This document shows positions 1 to 10,014 of a stretch of DNA of 64,000 bases, in pieces (position 1 is the stretch's first letter; each line of letters begins with the position of its first letter). The stretch comes from a virus. The position numbers and the translations under genes are program-made. The stretch is from the IMG/VR virus record IMGVR_UViG_3300020048_000048, positions 32,001 through 96,000 of that record; one strand, 5' to 3'. The notes beneath the pieces were generated by a model. The model made no database searches and had not been told where the DNA came from. It saw only the letters and a list, made by a program, of their open reading frames with translations.

Positions 1-1225
1 AAGACACATTTGCTTTAAGGTATATTAGAAAATCAGACTGACCCTCTAACGCAACCTTTGCAACATTAACACAAGATGCTTTTAATTTTAAATAAACTTC
101 GTTAAACGTAATTTTTTCAATAATATAAACGCCAACATTTTCTTTATTGGGTCCAGCTAATTTTGATGTTAATGGAATATAAATAAATTCACCAACTTTT
201 GGTTTTACTTTAAATACGCTGTCGCTTAATACAATTTTAAGCTGAGTAGTTAATTTCTCAACAGAAGCTGAAGCAACAACTGCCTGAGCAACATCCATCA
301 CATTATTTGAAGACCAATTTAAAAATGCTTGAGGGTTTGATGAATAAACCTCTAAACAGTTTGAGGCTCCAAGGGGAGTCTCTTTTAATGACTTAACTTT
401 AACAGGAGAGTAGCATTCTATGTCACTATTATCTAAATCAACTGTTTCAAAAACAACACTTCCAGATAATGGAACTGTTGAAATTGCCGTAGCAGTAACT
501 CCTGTAACAATAAATTTAATCCCATTATAAACTAAAGTTGATCCAACTTCAGGAATAGCTACAAAAACTGAGGAAGTAAAGGTTACATTTTTATCTGCTT
601 GGGAAATAACAACACTGCCTCCATCAACATCAAAAAGTTCAACTTTAGATGAAGTGATTGAAACCCTAGGATCACTTAAAGCCTCAACCACCGTAATATC
701 GTCAATAACAGATTGTTGACCAATCCTCTCACCCATAACAGCAACTTTAAAGTCGGTTGCTTCACCAAGCCATGTATAAGTAGCTTCTGGTTTTTTTTCT
801 TCATCAACTTGTTGAATTTGAACTCTTAATGCATTTCCTGAAAGTCCAAAACCCTTTGAAAGTAAAATCCCGTATGATGTAGGGTTTTCAATAATATAGT
901 AAGCTTGAGTAGACCGATTGGTCTTTGCGACATATACAGTTGGCTGAGGTCCTGTAAATACATTATCAGCCTGTTGAGAGAATAATTGATAAGAAGCGTC
1001 TACAATTGGACCAGCTTTATACACAGCTTTTAATGATTCAAAGTTTGTGAAGTAATTCTGTTGCGGGTCAACAGAGTCGTAAGCAGGACCATCTACAGCT
1101 TCACCAACAACAACCACTGTTTTTGGTGAAGGTACAACGTTTAAAAAACTATCTTGTACTTTTAACGTAGAGTAGACCGCTGGAATTACCATTGGAACTC
1201 CATTAATATTAACTTCTAATGACAT
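1..1225 (-). CDS. Contractile tail sheath protein (5' part; runs off window start)
   Basis: Not in ORF track. ATG at 1225 with AAGGAGG SD; reads MSLEVNINGVPMVIPAVYSTLKV...TVVVVGEAVDGP...YKAGPIVDA, typical sheath N-terminal motifs; late motif upstream. Confidence 0.8.
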   Translation of the reverse strand, partial: MSLEVNINGVPMVIPAVYSTLKVQDSFLNVVPSPKTVVVVGEAVDGPAYDSVDPQQNYFTNFESLKAVYKAGPIVDASYQLFSQQADNVFTGPQPTVYVAKTNRSTQAYYIIENPTSYGILLSKGFGLSGNALRVQIQQVDEEKKPEATYTWLGEATDFKVAVMGERIGQQSVIDDITVVEALSDPRVSITSSKVELFDVDGGSVVISQADKNVTFTSSVFVAIPEVGSTLVYNGIKFIVTGVTATAISTVPLSGSVVFETVDLDNSDIECYSPVKVKSLKETPLGASNCLEVYSSNPQAFLNWSSNNVMDVAQAVVASASVEKLTTQLKIVLSDSVFKVKPKVGEFIYIPLTSKLAGPNKENVGVYIIEKITFNEVYLKLKASCVNVAKVALEGQSDFLIYLKANVS

Positions 1226-1250
1226 AAAATGCCTCCTTAAAATGTTCAAT

Positions 1251-1258
1251 TTATTTTA
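1251..1258 (-). promoter_or_regulatory. Putative late promoter TAAAATAA
   Basis: ~26 nt upstream of sheath ATG; recurs before virion genes. Confidence 0.6.
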
Positions 1259-1311
1259 ATAAATTAAACTATTGATTTTTTTAACTTATTGTTTTTTAAA
1301 GATTGTTTTTT

Positions 1312-1815
1312 TTAAAAAAACTTAGAAATATTTGACGCAACAGCTATCAAAGTTGCGACGATTCCGAAAAGAATTTTAGTTGTATTAAAAGAAGCTTTTA
1401 TCTCCAAAAGTTCATCTTTCGTTTTTGAAACTTTTGAAGAAACATCCCTATACTGAACAATTTCAGTCTCAGCCTTGGTGATGGCATCTTTATGCGTTGA
1501 TGAATAAGTTAATAATTTTTCAATTTTAATTATTAATTCTTTGTTTGTTTGTAAAAGATATTCCACATCCTTTTTTAACAATGACTGTTCTTGAGATAGT
1601 GGGCGAAGCTCTACATTAAAGTTAACTAATTGTGATTGAATCTCTTTTATTGTTATTTGTAACTCTTTATCTTTTTCTTTCAAAGCCATTTCAACCCTAG
1701 TTAAAGCCCGTGAAGTTACACTCTTATCCTTCCATTGATAAAAGTCTTTTTTCAATTCTTCAATTTTTCCATTAATATTTTTTTCAACTCTATCAAGAGC
1801 CTCAAAATTAGGCAT
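1312..1815 (-). CDS. Coiled-coil protein with C-terminal TM helix (possible lysis/membrane protein)
   Basis: Heptad-rich sequence; hydrophobic ILFGIVATLIAVA near end; AGGAGG SD. Confidence 0.55.
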   Translation of the reverse strand: MPNFEALDRVEKNINGKIEELKKDFYQWKDKSVTSRALTRVEMALKEKDKELQITIKEIQSQLVNFNVELRPLSQEQSLLKKDVEYLLQTNKELIIKIEKLLTYSSTHKDAITKAETEIVQYRDVSSKVSKTKDELLEIKASFNTTKILFGIVATLIAVASNISKFF

Positions 1816-1830
1816 GGAAAAATCCTCCTA

Positions 1831-2211
1831 TTAAGGTTCTTCTGGTTCAGGGTCAAGTTCTGGTTCAGGATCAAGTTCTGGTTCAGGAGTTTCTATTTCA
1901 AAAGAAACTATTTGAGTATCTTCTAAAGAAAGATTGAAAAATTTTAACATTTCTTTAGCCCACTTCCGATTCGCCATTGCAATTGTAAGCCTACTGTAAA
2001 GATTGTGAATACTAAATGAAAATTGCTTTAATTCTCTTTTGGACTCTCTTAAGTCTGCTAAAAATTCTCCAAGCTCTTTATTTGCCATAGCAATTACAAG
2101 AACTCTTCGATCTTCATCTGTTAAAGCTTCTTCAAGCTGAAAAAACTTATGTGCAAACTTAGGAGGATATGCTATTACATGTTGAAAATAATGTTCTAAA
2201 TTCATAAACAA
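1831..2211 (-). CDS. Hypothetical virion-associated protein with PEPELD tail
   Basis: Directly downstream of capsid gene; AGGAGG SD. Confidence 0.6.
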   Translation of the reverse strand: MFMNLEHYFQHVIAYPPKFAHKFFQLEEALTDEDRRVLVIAMANKELGEFLADLRESKRELKQFSFSIHNLYSRLTIAMANRKWAKEMLKFFNLSLEDTQIVSFEIETPEPELDPEPELDPEPEEP

Positions 2212-2227
2212 TCCTCCTTAGAAAGAA

Positions 2228-3721
2228 TTAAAGATTCCCTTGACCAACGTTATCCAATAGTGCATACGTTTTTGGTTTTGGAAGCATCATACCCCAAATT
2301 GAGAAGTAACAAGATTGATTTGCCAAAGCAACTTGTGCAAAGTCTCGTTTCATCATCATTTCGCCCATGTGAACAACTTGTGCTTTAGTTTGTGACGCTG
2401 ATGTTGGGCGAAGAATTATTGTATCCAAACCGCCAATCCAAGCATCTTTGAATAAAATACTTGTTCCACCAACTTGTGCTTTAACATAACCAGAAAACTG
2501 TACATCACTTGCAGATTTTGCTGAAAAATAAATTTCAAAAGCTTCTGCATCTGATTGATCAACTAAATCAATTTGAATACCACTTCCATCACTTGCTAAA
2601 GTAATTTCTTGGCGAGCCACATACGAACGGTTACCACGATTAATTGCAATAACAGCAATATAAGCTTTACCAGCAGGAAACATTGTTCCTTTTGCTAAAG
2701 ATTCTGTTAATGTAAAGCTTGGTGTAGAAATAATTCCACCAAAACTATTGTTAATCATAGGTGCAACAGGTCTTCGCACTGGTTTGTACTTAAATATAGA
2801 AGATATAAAACTCATAGGACCTTGTGATCCATTAATTGAAAAACCACCATCAACCGAAACATCAGTACCACCAGAAACAGCGTTTTGTTGACTTAGAACA
2901 GAACGTGCCATTGGTAATAATGAATTGCGCAATTCATTAAGTTGATTTGGAGTTGAAAGGGCTTCACCAATTTGACCAAATGAGTTTCTAACGCTCGTTT
3001 GAATATTGTTAATTGCTTCCATAGAAAGTTCACCACCACGAAGGTCATGCACAATACTCATGTCGTTTCCTGCGCCAGCAAAATCACTGGTCCAACCAAA
3101 TCTTTCTTGCTCACCAGTTCTAATCATTTGTTGAAGACCAACAACTTGACGATCAAAAAGGTCATTACCAGAACCATTTTGGAATTTACCAATGCTTGTA
3201 AGTTTTTCACCACTTGCATCAAGAAAACTATCACAACCTAACATTGCGATTTTTTCATAGTGTTGCACAAGTGCGTATGTTGCAGACTTATCAGCCATTT
3301 GAACGATATCAGATGAATATCCACCTGCATCATTTATCATTTCAGCTACTGTTCCAATTGTTTGAGTTACTGCATACATATGAAGACCAACAGATGCAGT
3401 AATTACTTGCATAGAAACATCAACACCGTGAACACCTTGTCCAACTGAATAGTCAGCATTCCCAGAGCCAATAGCTTTGGAAGTTTCTACTCTATAGGAG
3501 TGAACTAATTGATTTACTTGTTTTGTTTTAATTCCTTTGAAAACTTTGATTTCATCGTCTGTTGCACAAACTGAATAAAGTTCAGCATCAACAGAATCAA
3601 TTGCCATAGACTGTAAACCAGTCTTACCGTGGTTCGCTCCACCAACTGATGGTGCGGAATTGAATGATTTTAGAACTTGCATTGTTGTTGCGAGTTCCTT
3701 TTTTAACGCTTCAATAGTCAT
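2228..3721 (-). CDS. Major capsid protein (Herelleviridae/Twort-like)
   Basis: 497 aa; LQSMAIDS..LYSV..DDEIKVFKGIKTKQVNQLVHSY resembles Twort-like MCP N-terminus; strong SD; late motif. Confidence 0.8.
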   Translation of the reverse strand: MTIEALKKELATTMQVLKSFNSAPSVGGANHGKTGLQSMAIDSVDAELYSVCATDDEIKVFKGIKTKQVNQLVHSYRVETSKAIGSGNADYSVGQGVHGVDVSMQVITASVGLHMYAVTQTIGTVAEMINDAGGYSSDIVQMADKSATYALVQHYEKIAMLGCDSFLDASGEKLTSIGKFQNGSGNDLFDRQVVGLQQMIRTGEQERFGWTSDFAGAGNDMSIVHDLRGGELSMEAINNIQTSVRNSFGQIGEALSTPNQLNELRNSLLPMARSVLSQQNAVSGGTDVSVDGGFSINGSQGPMSFISSIFKYKPVRRPVAPMINNSFGGIISTPSFTLTESLAKGTMFPAGKAYIAVIAINRGNRSYVARQEITLASDGSGIQIDLVDQSDAEAFEIYFSAKSASDVQFSGYVKAQVGGTSILFKDAWIGGLDTIILRPTSASQTKAQVVHMGEMMMKRDFAQVALANQSCYFSIWGMMLPKPKTYALLDNVGQGNL

Positions 3722-3747
3722 TTGTAGACCTCCTTAAAATTTCTTAT

Positions 3748-3755
3748 TTATTTTA
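3748..3755 (-). promoter_or_regulatory. Putative late promoter TAAAATAA
   Basis: ~27 nt upstream of MCP ATG. Confidence 0.6.
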
Positions 3756-3796
3756 AGAAGATTTTTAGTTAATTTATTAAGATGGGGTTTTGGTTA

Positions 3797-3991
3797 TTAC
3801 AACTTATTGTTTTTATGAATAATTTTAAATGGCAAAACTTGATCACTTTTAATAACCTTAAACAAAGAAATTTTACTTCCTAATTTAAAAATAGTACCAC
3901 AGGAGTTTGAATAGAAAATATCAAGATTTAAGTCTTGTGGTTTTTCATTATTCCACTTAAAATTCTTTAAAAATACAAATTCAAAAACCAT
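3797..3991 (-). CDS. Hypothetical protein
   Basis: Tightly packed in operon. Confidence 0.45.
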   Translation of the reverse strand: MVFEFVFLKNFKWNNEKPQDLNLDIFYSNSCGTIFKLGSKISLFKVIKSDQVLPFKIIHKNNKL

Positions 3992-3993
3992 TT

Positions 3994-4674
3994 TTAAACC
4001 TCTTTAGGAGCCATTGGTTTTCTTTGAAAATCCAATGTAACACCTTCTTTAGGACTGACGCTTGAAAATCTAAACTTTAATGCTTCAAGGTCTGAATTTA
4101 TGGAAACAACATTAAATGGAACATCTTTTTCTAAAACTTGAACACTGTATCTCATTTCTAAAGGAGTGTAATAAACACCTTGATAAATTTCATAGCCAGT
4201 TCTTTTTACTTTCATACAACCATAAGCACATGGAGTGTCTGTCATTAATGGGTAGTCTGGATGGATTAAGTAACCCTCGTACTCTTTTCTTTCAAGGTTT
4301 AGAGGTTTATTAAACCCATGGACCAAAGCAATAGCAAACCCTCTATGGATCTTTTCTTCAAACATCTCTGAATTTAATTCATATTCCAAATCCTGAGAAG
4401 TTTCTTCATTATAATCTTTACAAGAAACTTCAACCATTAAGCATGTAGCTAATAAATTTAGTTTATTAATTTTATTAACACTCCATCCAATTTCAGGATA
4501 AAATGGAGGCAATTTGTAATAATTTTGAGACTCTGTAAATGACTTATAATAAAAGTCATGAACTTCACAATGAGGAAGTGCATCTAAGTACATTACTGCC
4601 TTAGATATTGGCATAAAATACAAACGTCTTAATACCATATTTGTTGATTCTAATGATGTAAAGGGAATTAGCAT
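3994..4674 (-). CDS. Hypothetical protein
   Basis: 226 aa ORF, coupled to upstream gene. Confidence 0.7.
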   Translation of the reverse strand: MLIPFTSLESTNMVLRRLYFMPISKAVMYLDALPHCEVHDFYYKSFTESQNYYKLPPFYPEIGWSVNKINKLNLLATCLMVEVSCKDYNEETSQDLEYELNSEMFEEKIHRGFAIALVHGFNKPLNLERKEYEGYLIHPDYPLMTDTPCAYGCMKVKRTGYEIYQGVYYTPLEMRYSVQVLEKDVPFNVVSINSDLEALKFRFSSVSPKEGVTLDFQRKPMAPKEV

Positions 4675-5192
4675 AACGAGTCTCCTGTTAAATTTTTAAA
4701 CAAACTCACAATAGTTTGAATAAATTGTTTTTTAGAAATAGATTCTTGTGTTTCAAACACAATCTTATTACCAACTGTCATAATTAAGTCAGTATTTTCA
4801 AAATTAAGCAAAAATTGATTTGAACTTTTTTTATAATTCAAATTTTTCTTTGAAAAAATAACCTCCCAACCTTTGTCAGAAATTGAAACACAACTTCCAA
4901 GCATTGATATAACGGAAGTATTGGCATCTGTCAAGATCGTTTTACCTGAAATAAGATAATAATCGAACTCTTGAATGAATTTTTCTTGAGTTTTTAAAAA
5001 ATTAACCTTTTCCTTTTCTTTCTGGTATGAATTTTTTATTTTTTGATCAATCAAATCTTTATGTGCATGTGAACATAAAACTTGAATCGTCTTTTGACCA
5101 ATTTTACAACCATGATAAAGTGTATTTGAATAAATTTTCATTTCACTGCTTGATCTTTTTTTAAGACTTACTAAATAAAAACTCACCTTCAT
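4668..5192 (-). CDS. Hypothetical protein
   Basis: 174 aa ORF, ATGA overlap. Confidence 0.65.
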   Translation of the reverse strand: MKVSFYLVSLKKRSSSEMKIYSNTLYHGCKIGQKTIQVLCSHAHKDLIDQKIKNSYQKEKEKVNFLKTQEKFIQEFDYYLISGKTILTDANTSVISMLGSCVSISDKGWEVIFSKKNLNYKKSSNQFLLNFENTDLIMTVGNKIVFETQESISKKQFIQTIVSLFKNLTGDSLC

Positions 5193-5506
5193 TGAACAAC
5201 TCGTAATCTTGGCTTTTCCTCTTGAAAAAACTTTGAAGCGAAAAGTGTTGATATTTTAAATGTTAAATTGGACACAAAAATCCAATCTAATAAAACAACC
5301 TCGTCTTCTTTTACAATATTAATATACTGCAAATCTTCTTTAGAAGCTAACGGTTCGACCATGTATTTTGGTAAAACTCTGGAATGAAATTCAAATCCTT
5401 CATCAATCAACAACTCAAATGCATGAGTAATTAATTGATCACAAAATGGAAGCTCAGCGACCAATTTTGAAAAAAGCACAAATTGTTTATCATCCCAAAC
5501 AATCAT
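5189..5506 (-). CDS. Hypothetical protein ending in KPRLRVVQ (SspB XB-like motif)
   Basis: AGGTGA SD; C-terminus resembles E. coli SspB LRVVK. Confidence 0.6.
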   Translation of the reverse strand: MIVWDDKQFVLFSKLVAELPFCDQLITHAFELLIDEGFEFHSRVLPKYMVEPLASKEDLQYINIVKEDEVVLLDWIFVSNLTFKISTLFASKFFQEEKPRLRVVQ

Positions 5507-5509
5507 ACA

Positions 5510-5851
5510 TCACCTTTCTAAATAAAACCACTTACCCTTATAGAACATTAATTGAAATGCTCCATAAGGGTAAAATGTTTTCGTTAAAGTTCCGTCAAAG
5601 AAAGTATTTGACGAACTACATGTTACTGTAAACTCAAAATCGTCTGCAATTATTTGAATTTTATCATTATTATTAACAACAGGTAAAGTAACTTCACAAT
5701 TTGCAAAAATCCAATTATAAGAATTTGTTTGCAAGACTCCATCTTCATAAAATTCTTTATTTTTAAAATAAAAAGCTCTTTTAAAACTTTCCTTTGTGAA
5801 CGACTCTCCATTCACGGTTATAATCTCTGGTTTAAAGTTCATAGTTTTCAT
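5510..5851 (-). CDS. Hypothetical protein (start revised to 5851)
   Basis: AAAGGA SD before ATG 5851; the longer ORF overlaps the promoter motif. Confidence 0.6.
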   Translation of the reverse strand: MKTMNFKPEIITVNGESFTKESFKRAFYFKNKEFYEDGVLQTNSYNWIFANCEVTLPVVNNNDKIQIIADDFEFTVTCSSSNTFFDGTLTKTFYPYGAFQLMFYKGKWFYLER

Positions 5852-5879
5852 TTTTGTTCCTTTTTCATTTCCTTTTATA

Positions 5880-5907
5880 CTTAACGGAAGATTTAAGAAA
5901 AACTTTA
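5880..5907 (-). promoter_or_regulatory. Sigma-28-like promoter
   Basis: TAAAG-N15-CCGTTAAG. Confidence 0.8.
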
Positions 5908-5917
5908 ATTTTTTCAT

Positions 5918-5949
5918 AAAAAAAAGAGCCTGTTAAAAAAAACAAGCTC
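5918..5949 (-). terminator. Intrinsic terminator
   Basis: GAGCTTGTT/AACAGGCTC stem then T-run after fibre gene. Confidence 0.65.
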
Positions 5950-5970
5950 AGATTTTTATGAAAAAGCTCA

Positions 5971-8058
5971 TTAAAGAGCTACACTAAACCTTTGTTTTAC
6001 ACGAATAACTCCGTCAAACGAAAGGTCAAGAGATTGTGCACCATCAAATGGAACTTCAATTACAATATCACCTGATGAATTGATTTCAAAATCAACTACA
6101 ACTGGTTCTAATGCTGTTCCCACTTGCTCAAGTATTTCAACATCAACATTTGGACCACATCCATGAGAACTTGCAAGAAGTGTAATAGTTTTCACGCCAG
6201 TACCTTCTGCAAAGGAAGCTTTAACAAATGACTTGTCTTTTTCTCTTAGAGTTCTAATTCCATCAGAAACTTCAAGACCACTTTCTGATGAAAGCCTAAC
6301 ACTTAAACCACTTGCATCAACTTGTAAACTTGTATCTTTAAGCTTAATAGCAACAGCGTCTCCAGACAATTCAATGCCGTTACCAGCATTAATAGAGAGA
6401 ACACCGCCAGCTAACGCCAACCCATCTCCAGCAACGCCACTTGCGAGCTTTAGCTTGTTAGAATCTAATATAAAACTTGAAGTATCGATGTCAAGAGAAA
6501 GTGCACCACCAATAACAACAAGACCACCATTCGCATTGCGTTTTACTTGAAGTTTATTACCAACAACCTCAATCGTTTCTCCATCAGTTTCAGCGTAAAT
6601 ACCACTTGCACCAACTTTAATTGCAGAAGATGAATCAATTTTAAGAGACAATCCAGAAGCGTCACTTAAAATTGTCGAAGAACCTACGGCAGAAATTACG
6701 TTTCCATTTTTTGACAAACCATCGCCAGCATTAATTTGACCAGCCCCAGAGAACTGAATAAATACCAACTCACTTGATTCTAATATAACTTGTGAATCTG
6801 GTGTTGACAATACGAATGAAGAATCTTTATAATTAGTTCCTTCGGTAACTAAAACATACATTCCTGATTTAACTTCAGCCCATGGATTAGGTATATTATT
6901 TGCATCTTCACTTCTTGACCAACCATCATTACTACAAACATAAATACCATTTTGTCTCTTATCTGTTTGACCAGCGACAAGAACACGATCTCCAGCAACA
7001 ATAGAAACGCCATCAATTTCTTGTGCACCAGAAAGAGTAATATTTGCACCAAAAGAAGACGCTCTAACAGGATCTTTAATAAATAGTCCTTGGACAACTT
7101 GATCTACATAACCCTTATTAGCTACGTCAGTTGATTGAACTGGCGTTGCGCATCCGATTATTTTATGATCACCCATGTTTAAATCACCAGTCATCGCAAT
7201 AGCGCCATTGTGGTACAATACTTTAGCGTCAAGTGCGTCAAGTTGACCCTTATTTACCGCATCAGTATCTGCAACACCAGCAACAACTCCAGTAACTTTA
7301 TGAGTTCCTGCATTAAGGTCTCCAGTCATCGCACGAGATCCATCAATCATCAAGAACTTAAGGTCTTCTGCTTGAAGTTCTCCAATTTGAGTTGTGTGAT
7401 CTGATGTTAATGTTTCAAGAGCACCAATATCGATTTCAGCCGTATCAAGATCACTTTGAAGAGTTACGATTTGACCCTCAGCCGTGACAAGACGACCATC
7501 AAGAGTAGAAATTTGACCAGTATGAGTTGATGTTAATGTTTCAAGAGCAACAATATCACCCTCTGCTACAGTAACACGTCCTGCAAGGGTTGTTAAATTT
7601 GTATTTACACCAACAATTGCGCCATCGAGTTGACCTTTATTTACAGCGTCAGTCGCATTCGTACCGTTTGCAACGTTAACTATTGGTTTATTTCCAGCGT
7701 CTAAAGATCCATTTGCATCCCTTGAGCTGTAATTGATTACCATAAATGCATCTTTGCCAGTATCAGTTTTCACTTTTTTAACTTCAACTAACGCATTAGG
7801 AACAGCAGTTCCAATTGATTCTGAATTGTAACTAATTGTAACACCGTAAGCACTTGGATTCACCAAGACAAAACCCCAACCAATGCTTACAGTTGCAGGA
7901 TCTGGCAAATTAATTGTTACCATACTTGTTGCTTTCATTATCATATATCCAACACTATTCTTGGACATTGAAATGTCTGCAATTAATTCAAAAATATCAT
8001 GCTCAAAACGACGAGCACGAACAAACGATTCAAAAATATAAGGACTTTTTACTAACAT
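5971..8058 (-). CDS. Fibre protein (tail or head fibre)
   Basis: DAVNKGQLD repeats, coiled coil, NITLSGAQEIDGV..GDRVLV..QNGIY module, AGDGL repeats. Confidence 0.8.
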   Translation of the reverse strand: MLVKSPYIFESFVRARRFEHDIFELIADISMSKNSVGYMIMKATSMVTINLPDPATVSIGWGFVLVNPSAYGVTISYNSESIGTAVPNALVEVKKVKTDTGKDAFMVINYSSRDANGSLDAGNKPIVNVANGTNATDAVNKGQLDGAIVGVNTNLTTLAGRVTVAEGDIVALETLTSTHTGQISTLDGRLVTAEGQIVTLQSDLDTAEIDIGALETLTSDHTTQIGELQAEDLKFLMIDGSRAMTGDLNAGTHKVTGVVAGVADTDAVNKGQLDALDAKVLYHNGAIAMTGDLNMGDHKIIGCATPVQSTDVANKGYVDQVVQGLFIKDPVRASSFGANITLSGAQEIDGVSIVAGDRVLVAGQTDKRQNGIYVCSNDGWSRSEDANNIPNPWAEVKSGMYVLVTEGTNYKDSSFVLSTPDSQVILESSELVFIQFSGAGQINAGDGLSKNGNVISAVGSSTILSDASGLSLKIDSSSAIKVGASGIYAETDGETIEVVGNKLQVKRNANGGLVVIGGALSLDIDTSSFILDSNKLKLASGVAGDGLALAGGVLSINAGNGIELSGDAVAIKLKDTSLQVDASGLSVRLSSESGLEVSDGIRTLREKDKSFVKASFAEGTGVKTITLLASSHGCGPNVDVEILEQVGTALEPVVVDFEINSSGDIVIEVPFDGAQSLDLSFDGVIRVKQRFSVAL

Positions 8059-8103
8059 AATTACCTCCTAAGTAATTAAAAACTTCACCAAAAATGGCTT
8101 AAG

Positions 8104-8111
8104 TTATTTTA
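8104..8111 (-). promoter_or_regulatory. Putative late promoter TAAAATAA
   Basis: Upstream of fibre gene. Confidence 0.5.
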
Positions 8112-8121
8112 CAAAAAAAAC

Positions 8122-8598
8122 TCACAAAATCCCACTATCACCAACAACCATATTCGCATTAAGCGAACGACTTTCTGGTATTGGGTAACTTTTCAGATGG
8201 GGATTTTTATCCCTGTCTGGCAAAACTGTAAATGTTTGTTGTTGAGAATTATTATTAAAAACATTTTCAACAATTTTCACTTGATTAACATTCTTTTTCA
8301 ACACTTCTACCTGATTTTCAACTACATTTATCTTTGTAGATAAATTTTCTAATTGTTGATTAAGTTCAACAATTTTACTAATCAAACCTTGGGCAGTTGT
8401 TTCAAACTGTTGAATTAACGTAATAGAATCCTTGTTAGGATTTTTTACAAAAGTGTCTTCTAAAAAATGTTCAATCGCTGACTGAAACAATTGATAAGCT
8501 TTTGGCTCAACACTTACCATTCTTTCTTTCAATTCTTCATCATCTAAAAGTTCTATAAACTTTAATTGGTTTTTTAACTTTTCAGAAATTTTCGCCAT
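8122..8598 (-). CDS. Hypothetical coiled-coil protein
   Basis: AAGGAGG SD; own sigma-28-like promoter. Confidence 0.7.
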   Translation of the reverse strand: MAKISEKLKNQLKFIELLDDEELKERMVSVEPKAYQLFQSAIEHFLEDTFVKNPNKDSITLIQQFETTAQGLISKIVELNQQLENLSTKINVVENQVEVLKKNVNQVKIVENVFNNNSQQQTFTVLPDRDKNPHLKSYPIPESRSLNANMVVGDSGIL

Positions 8599-8618
8599 AA
8601 AACCTCCTTTCTAACACA

Positions 8619-8646
8619 CTTAACGGAATAATTTTAAAAAACTTAA
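8619..8646 (-). promoter_or_regulatory. Sigma-28-like promoter (variant -35)
   Basis: TTAAG-N15-CCGTTAAG. Confidence 0.7.
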
Positions 8647-8655
8647 ATTTATTTC

Positions 8656-8683
8656 TAAAGTTTTTTAAAAAAAATCCGATAAT
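8656..8683 (+). promoter_or_regulatory. Sigma-28-like promoter facing antisense into neck gene
   Basis: TAAAG-N15-CCGATAAT; no downstream + strand ORF. Confidence 0.65.
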
Positions 8684-8685
8684 GA

Positions 8686-9552
8686 TTATTTTCCACCTGC
8701 AACTCTGATTTTTACACCTTTGGAGTGTGCTTTTAGGAGTAATTGTTTTTGTTGCTGTATAACTTTTTGCAACATTTCAATTTTCTGAATCAACAATTGA
8801 GGACCAACTAATGAAGCTGATTGACTTACTCCATCAATCGACACCGAAGTTGAATTAAACGGCGTAATATGTGCATGATAATCTATTAACATATTAACTG
8901 TCGCTACGTCTAAAATAAGTTTTACAAGGTTTGCAGGAAGTTTTTCAGAATCAAAACCGTACCTAAATCTTACTTTAATTGACATTGGTCTATTATTTCC
9001 CATTGGAGTCATATAAAGAGGTGACGCATCTGGATAAGCATTAAATGCGAACTTATTCAAAAACGCACCAATACTTGGACTCATGGTAATTTTATTACGA
9101 TGAAGAACAATCCATGATGGAGGAATCTCTCTTGAAAAAAAAGGAGATCCTGTTAAGGCATGAGGAAAACAAATTTCCACACCCATAATAGCCGTAACTG
9201 GGAATCTGTTTAGATCAATAGGAACCTGATCATCATAATATCGATGCTCATAAATATAAGAGTGAACTTTTTCAGCTTCTTGTTCTGAAAATGATGTTTC
9301 CAACTCCTGTTCAAGCTGTGTCACTGCGTTACTTAAATGCAATTGTAATAATGGCTCATTACTCTTCATTTCATTTACTAAAGCAGAAACTCTATCCAAA
9401 CCCATAAATGCAACTTCTGCAAAATCATTTAGTGTTGGAAATGGTAAAAACCTTGTAATTCCACTTTCTATTTGACTGTTTTTAACCATAATTGGGTAAC
9501 TATGGTATTCATTATAATAAGCTCCAACACTATTTGAATAATCAATTCCCAT
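8686..9552 (-). CDS. Head-tail adaptor/neck protein
   Basis: IDLNRFPVTAI, VRFRYGF..LPANL, STSVSIDGVSQS patterns of myovirus adaptors. Confidence 0.7.
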   Translation of the reverse strand: MGIDYSNSVGAYYNEYHSYPIMVKNSQIESGITRFLPFPTLNDFAEVAFMGLDRVSALVNEMKSNEPLLQLHLSNAVTQLEQELETSFSEQEAEKVHSYIYEHRYYDDQVPIDLNRFPVTAIMGVEICFPHALTGSPFFSREIPPSWIVLHRNKITMSPSIGAFLNKFAFNAYPDASPLYMTPMGNNRPMSIKVRFRYGFDSEKLPANLVKLILDVATVNMLIDYHAHITPFNSTSVSIDGVSQSASLVGPQLLIQKIEMLQKVIQQQKQLLLKAHSKGVKIRVAGGK

Positions 9553-9553
9553 A

Positions 9554-9943
9554 TTACACCGTCAATGCAAAGTGTTTAATAATATCTTCACTCAATCCAG
9601 TACTTAATGAAGTTACTTTTAAAAACACATTGCCAATATGAAGGTTTTTAGCCTGATCATTAGTTAGTTGAAAGAAAACAATTGACCTATCTTCAGGATG
9701 AATTAATCCTTGTAACTGATAACCTAAATTGATAATAGTTTTGTCACCAATTGAAGTTTTACTTGCCCTTTGCACATCTAACATAACAACTGCGTCTGAA
9801 GGTAGTACAAACCTTCTTAATCCAAGAGCATCATTAATTTGCATTTGGATATAAAAAGAAAAAGAAGTCTTTTTTATCTTCAGGACATCTTCTAATGTAT
9901 AGAAGTTTGGCAGTTTAATCTCTTTCAAGAATTGAAATTCCAT
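9554..9943 (-). CDS. Hypothetical virion protein
   Basis: Operon with neck gene; late motif upstream. Confidence 0.6.
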   Translation of the reverse strand: MEFQFLKEIKLPNFYTLEDVLKIKKTSFSFYIQMQINDALGLRRFVLPSDAVVMLDVQRASKTSIGDKTIINLGYQLQGLIHPEDRSIVFFQLTNDQAKNLHIGNVFLKVTSLSTGLSEDIIKHFALTV

Positions 9944-9954
9944 TTTTTCACTCC

Positions 9955-9985
9955 AAAAAAGCCTGAAGACAAAATCTTCAGGCTT
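9955..9985 (-). terminator. Intrinsic terminator
   Basis: AAGCCTGAAGA/TCTTCAGGCTT stem with T-run. Confidence 0.75.
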
Positions 9986-9991
9986 ATTTTA
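9984..9991 (-). promoter_or_regulatory. Putative late promoter TAAAATAA
   Basis: Upstream of 9943, but the hairpin lies between motif and gene. Confidence 0.35.
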
Positions 9992-10014
9992 ATGTTGATT
10001 TATTATACTTTCCC

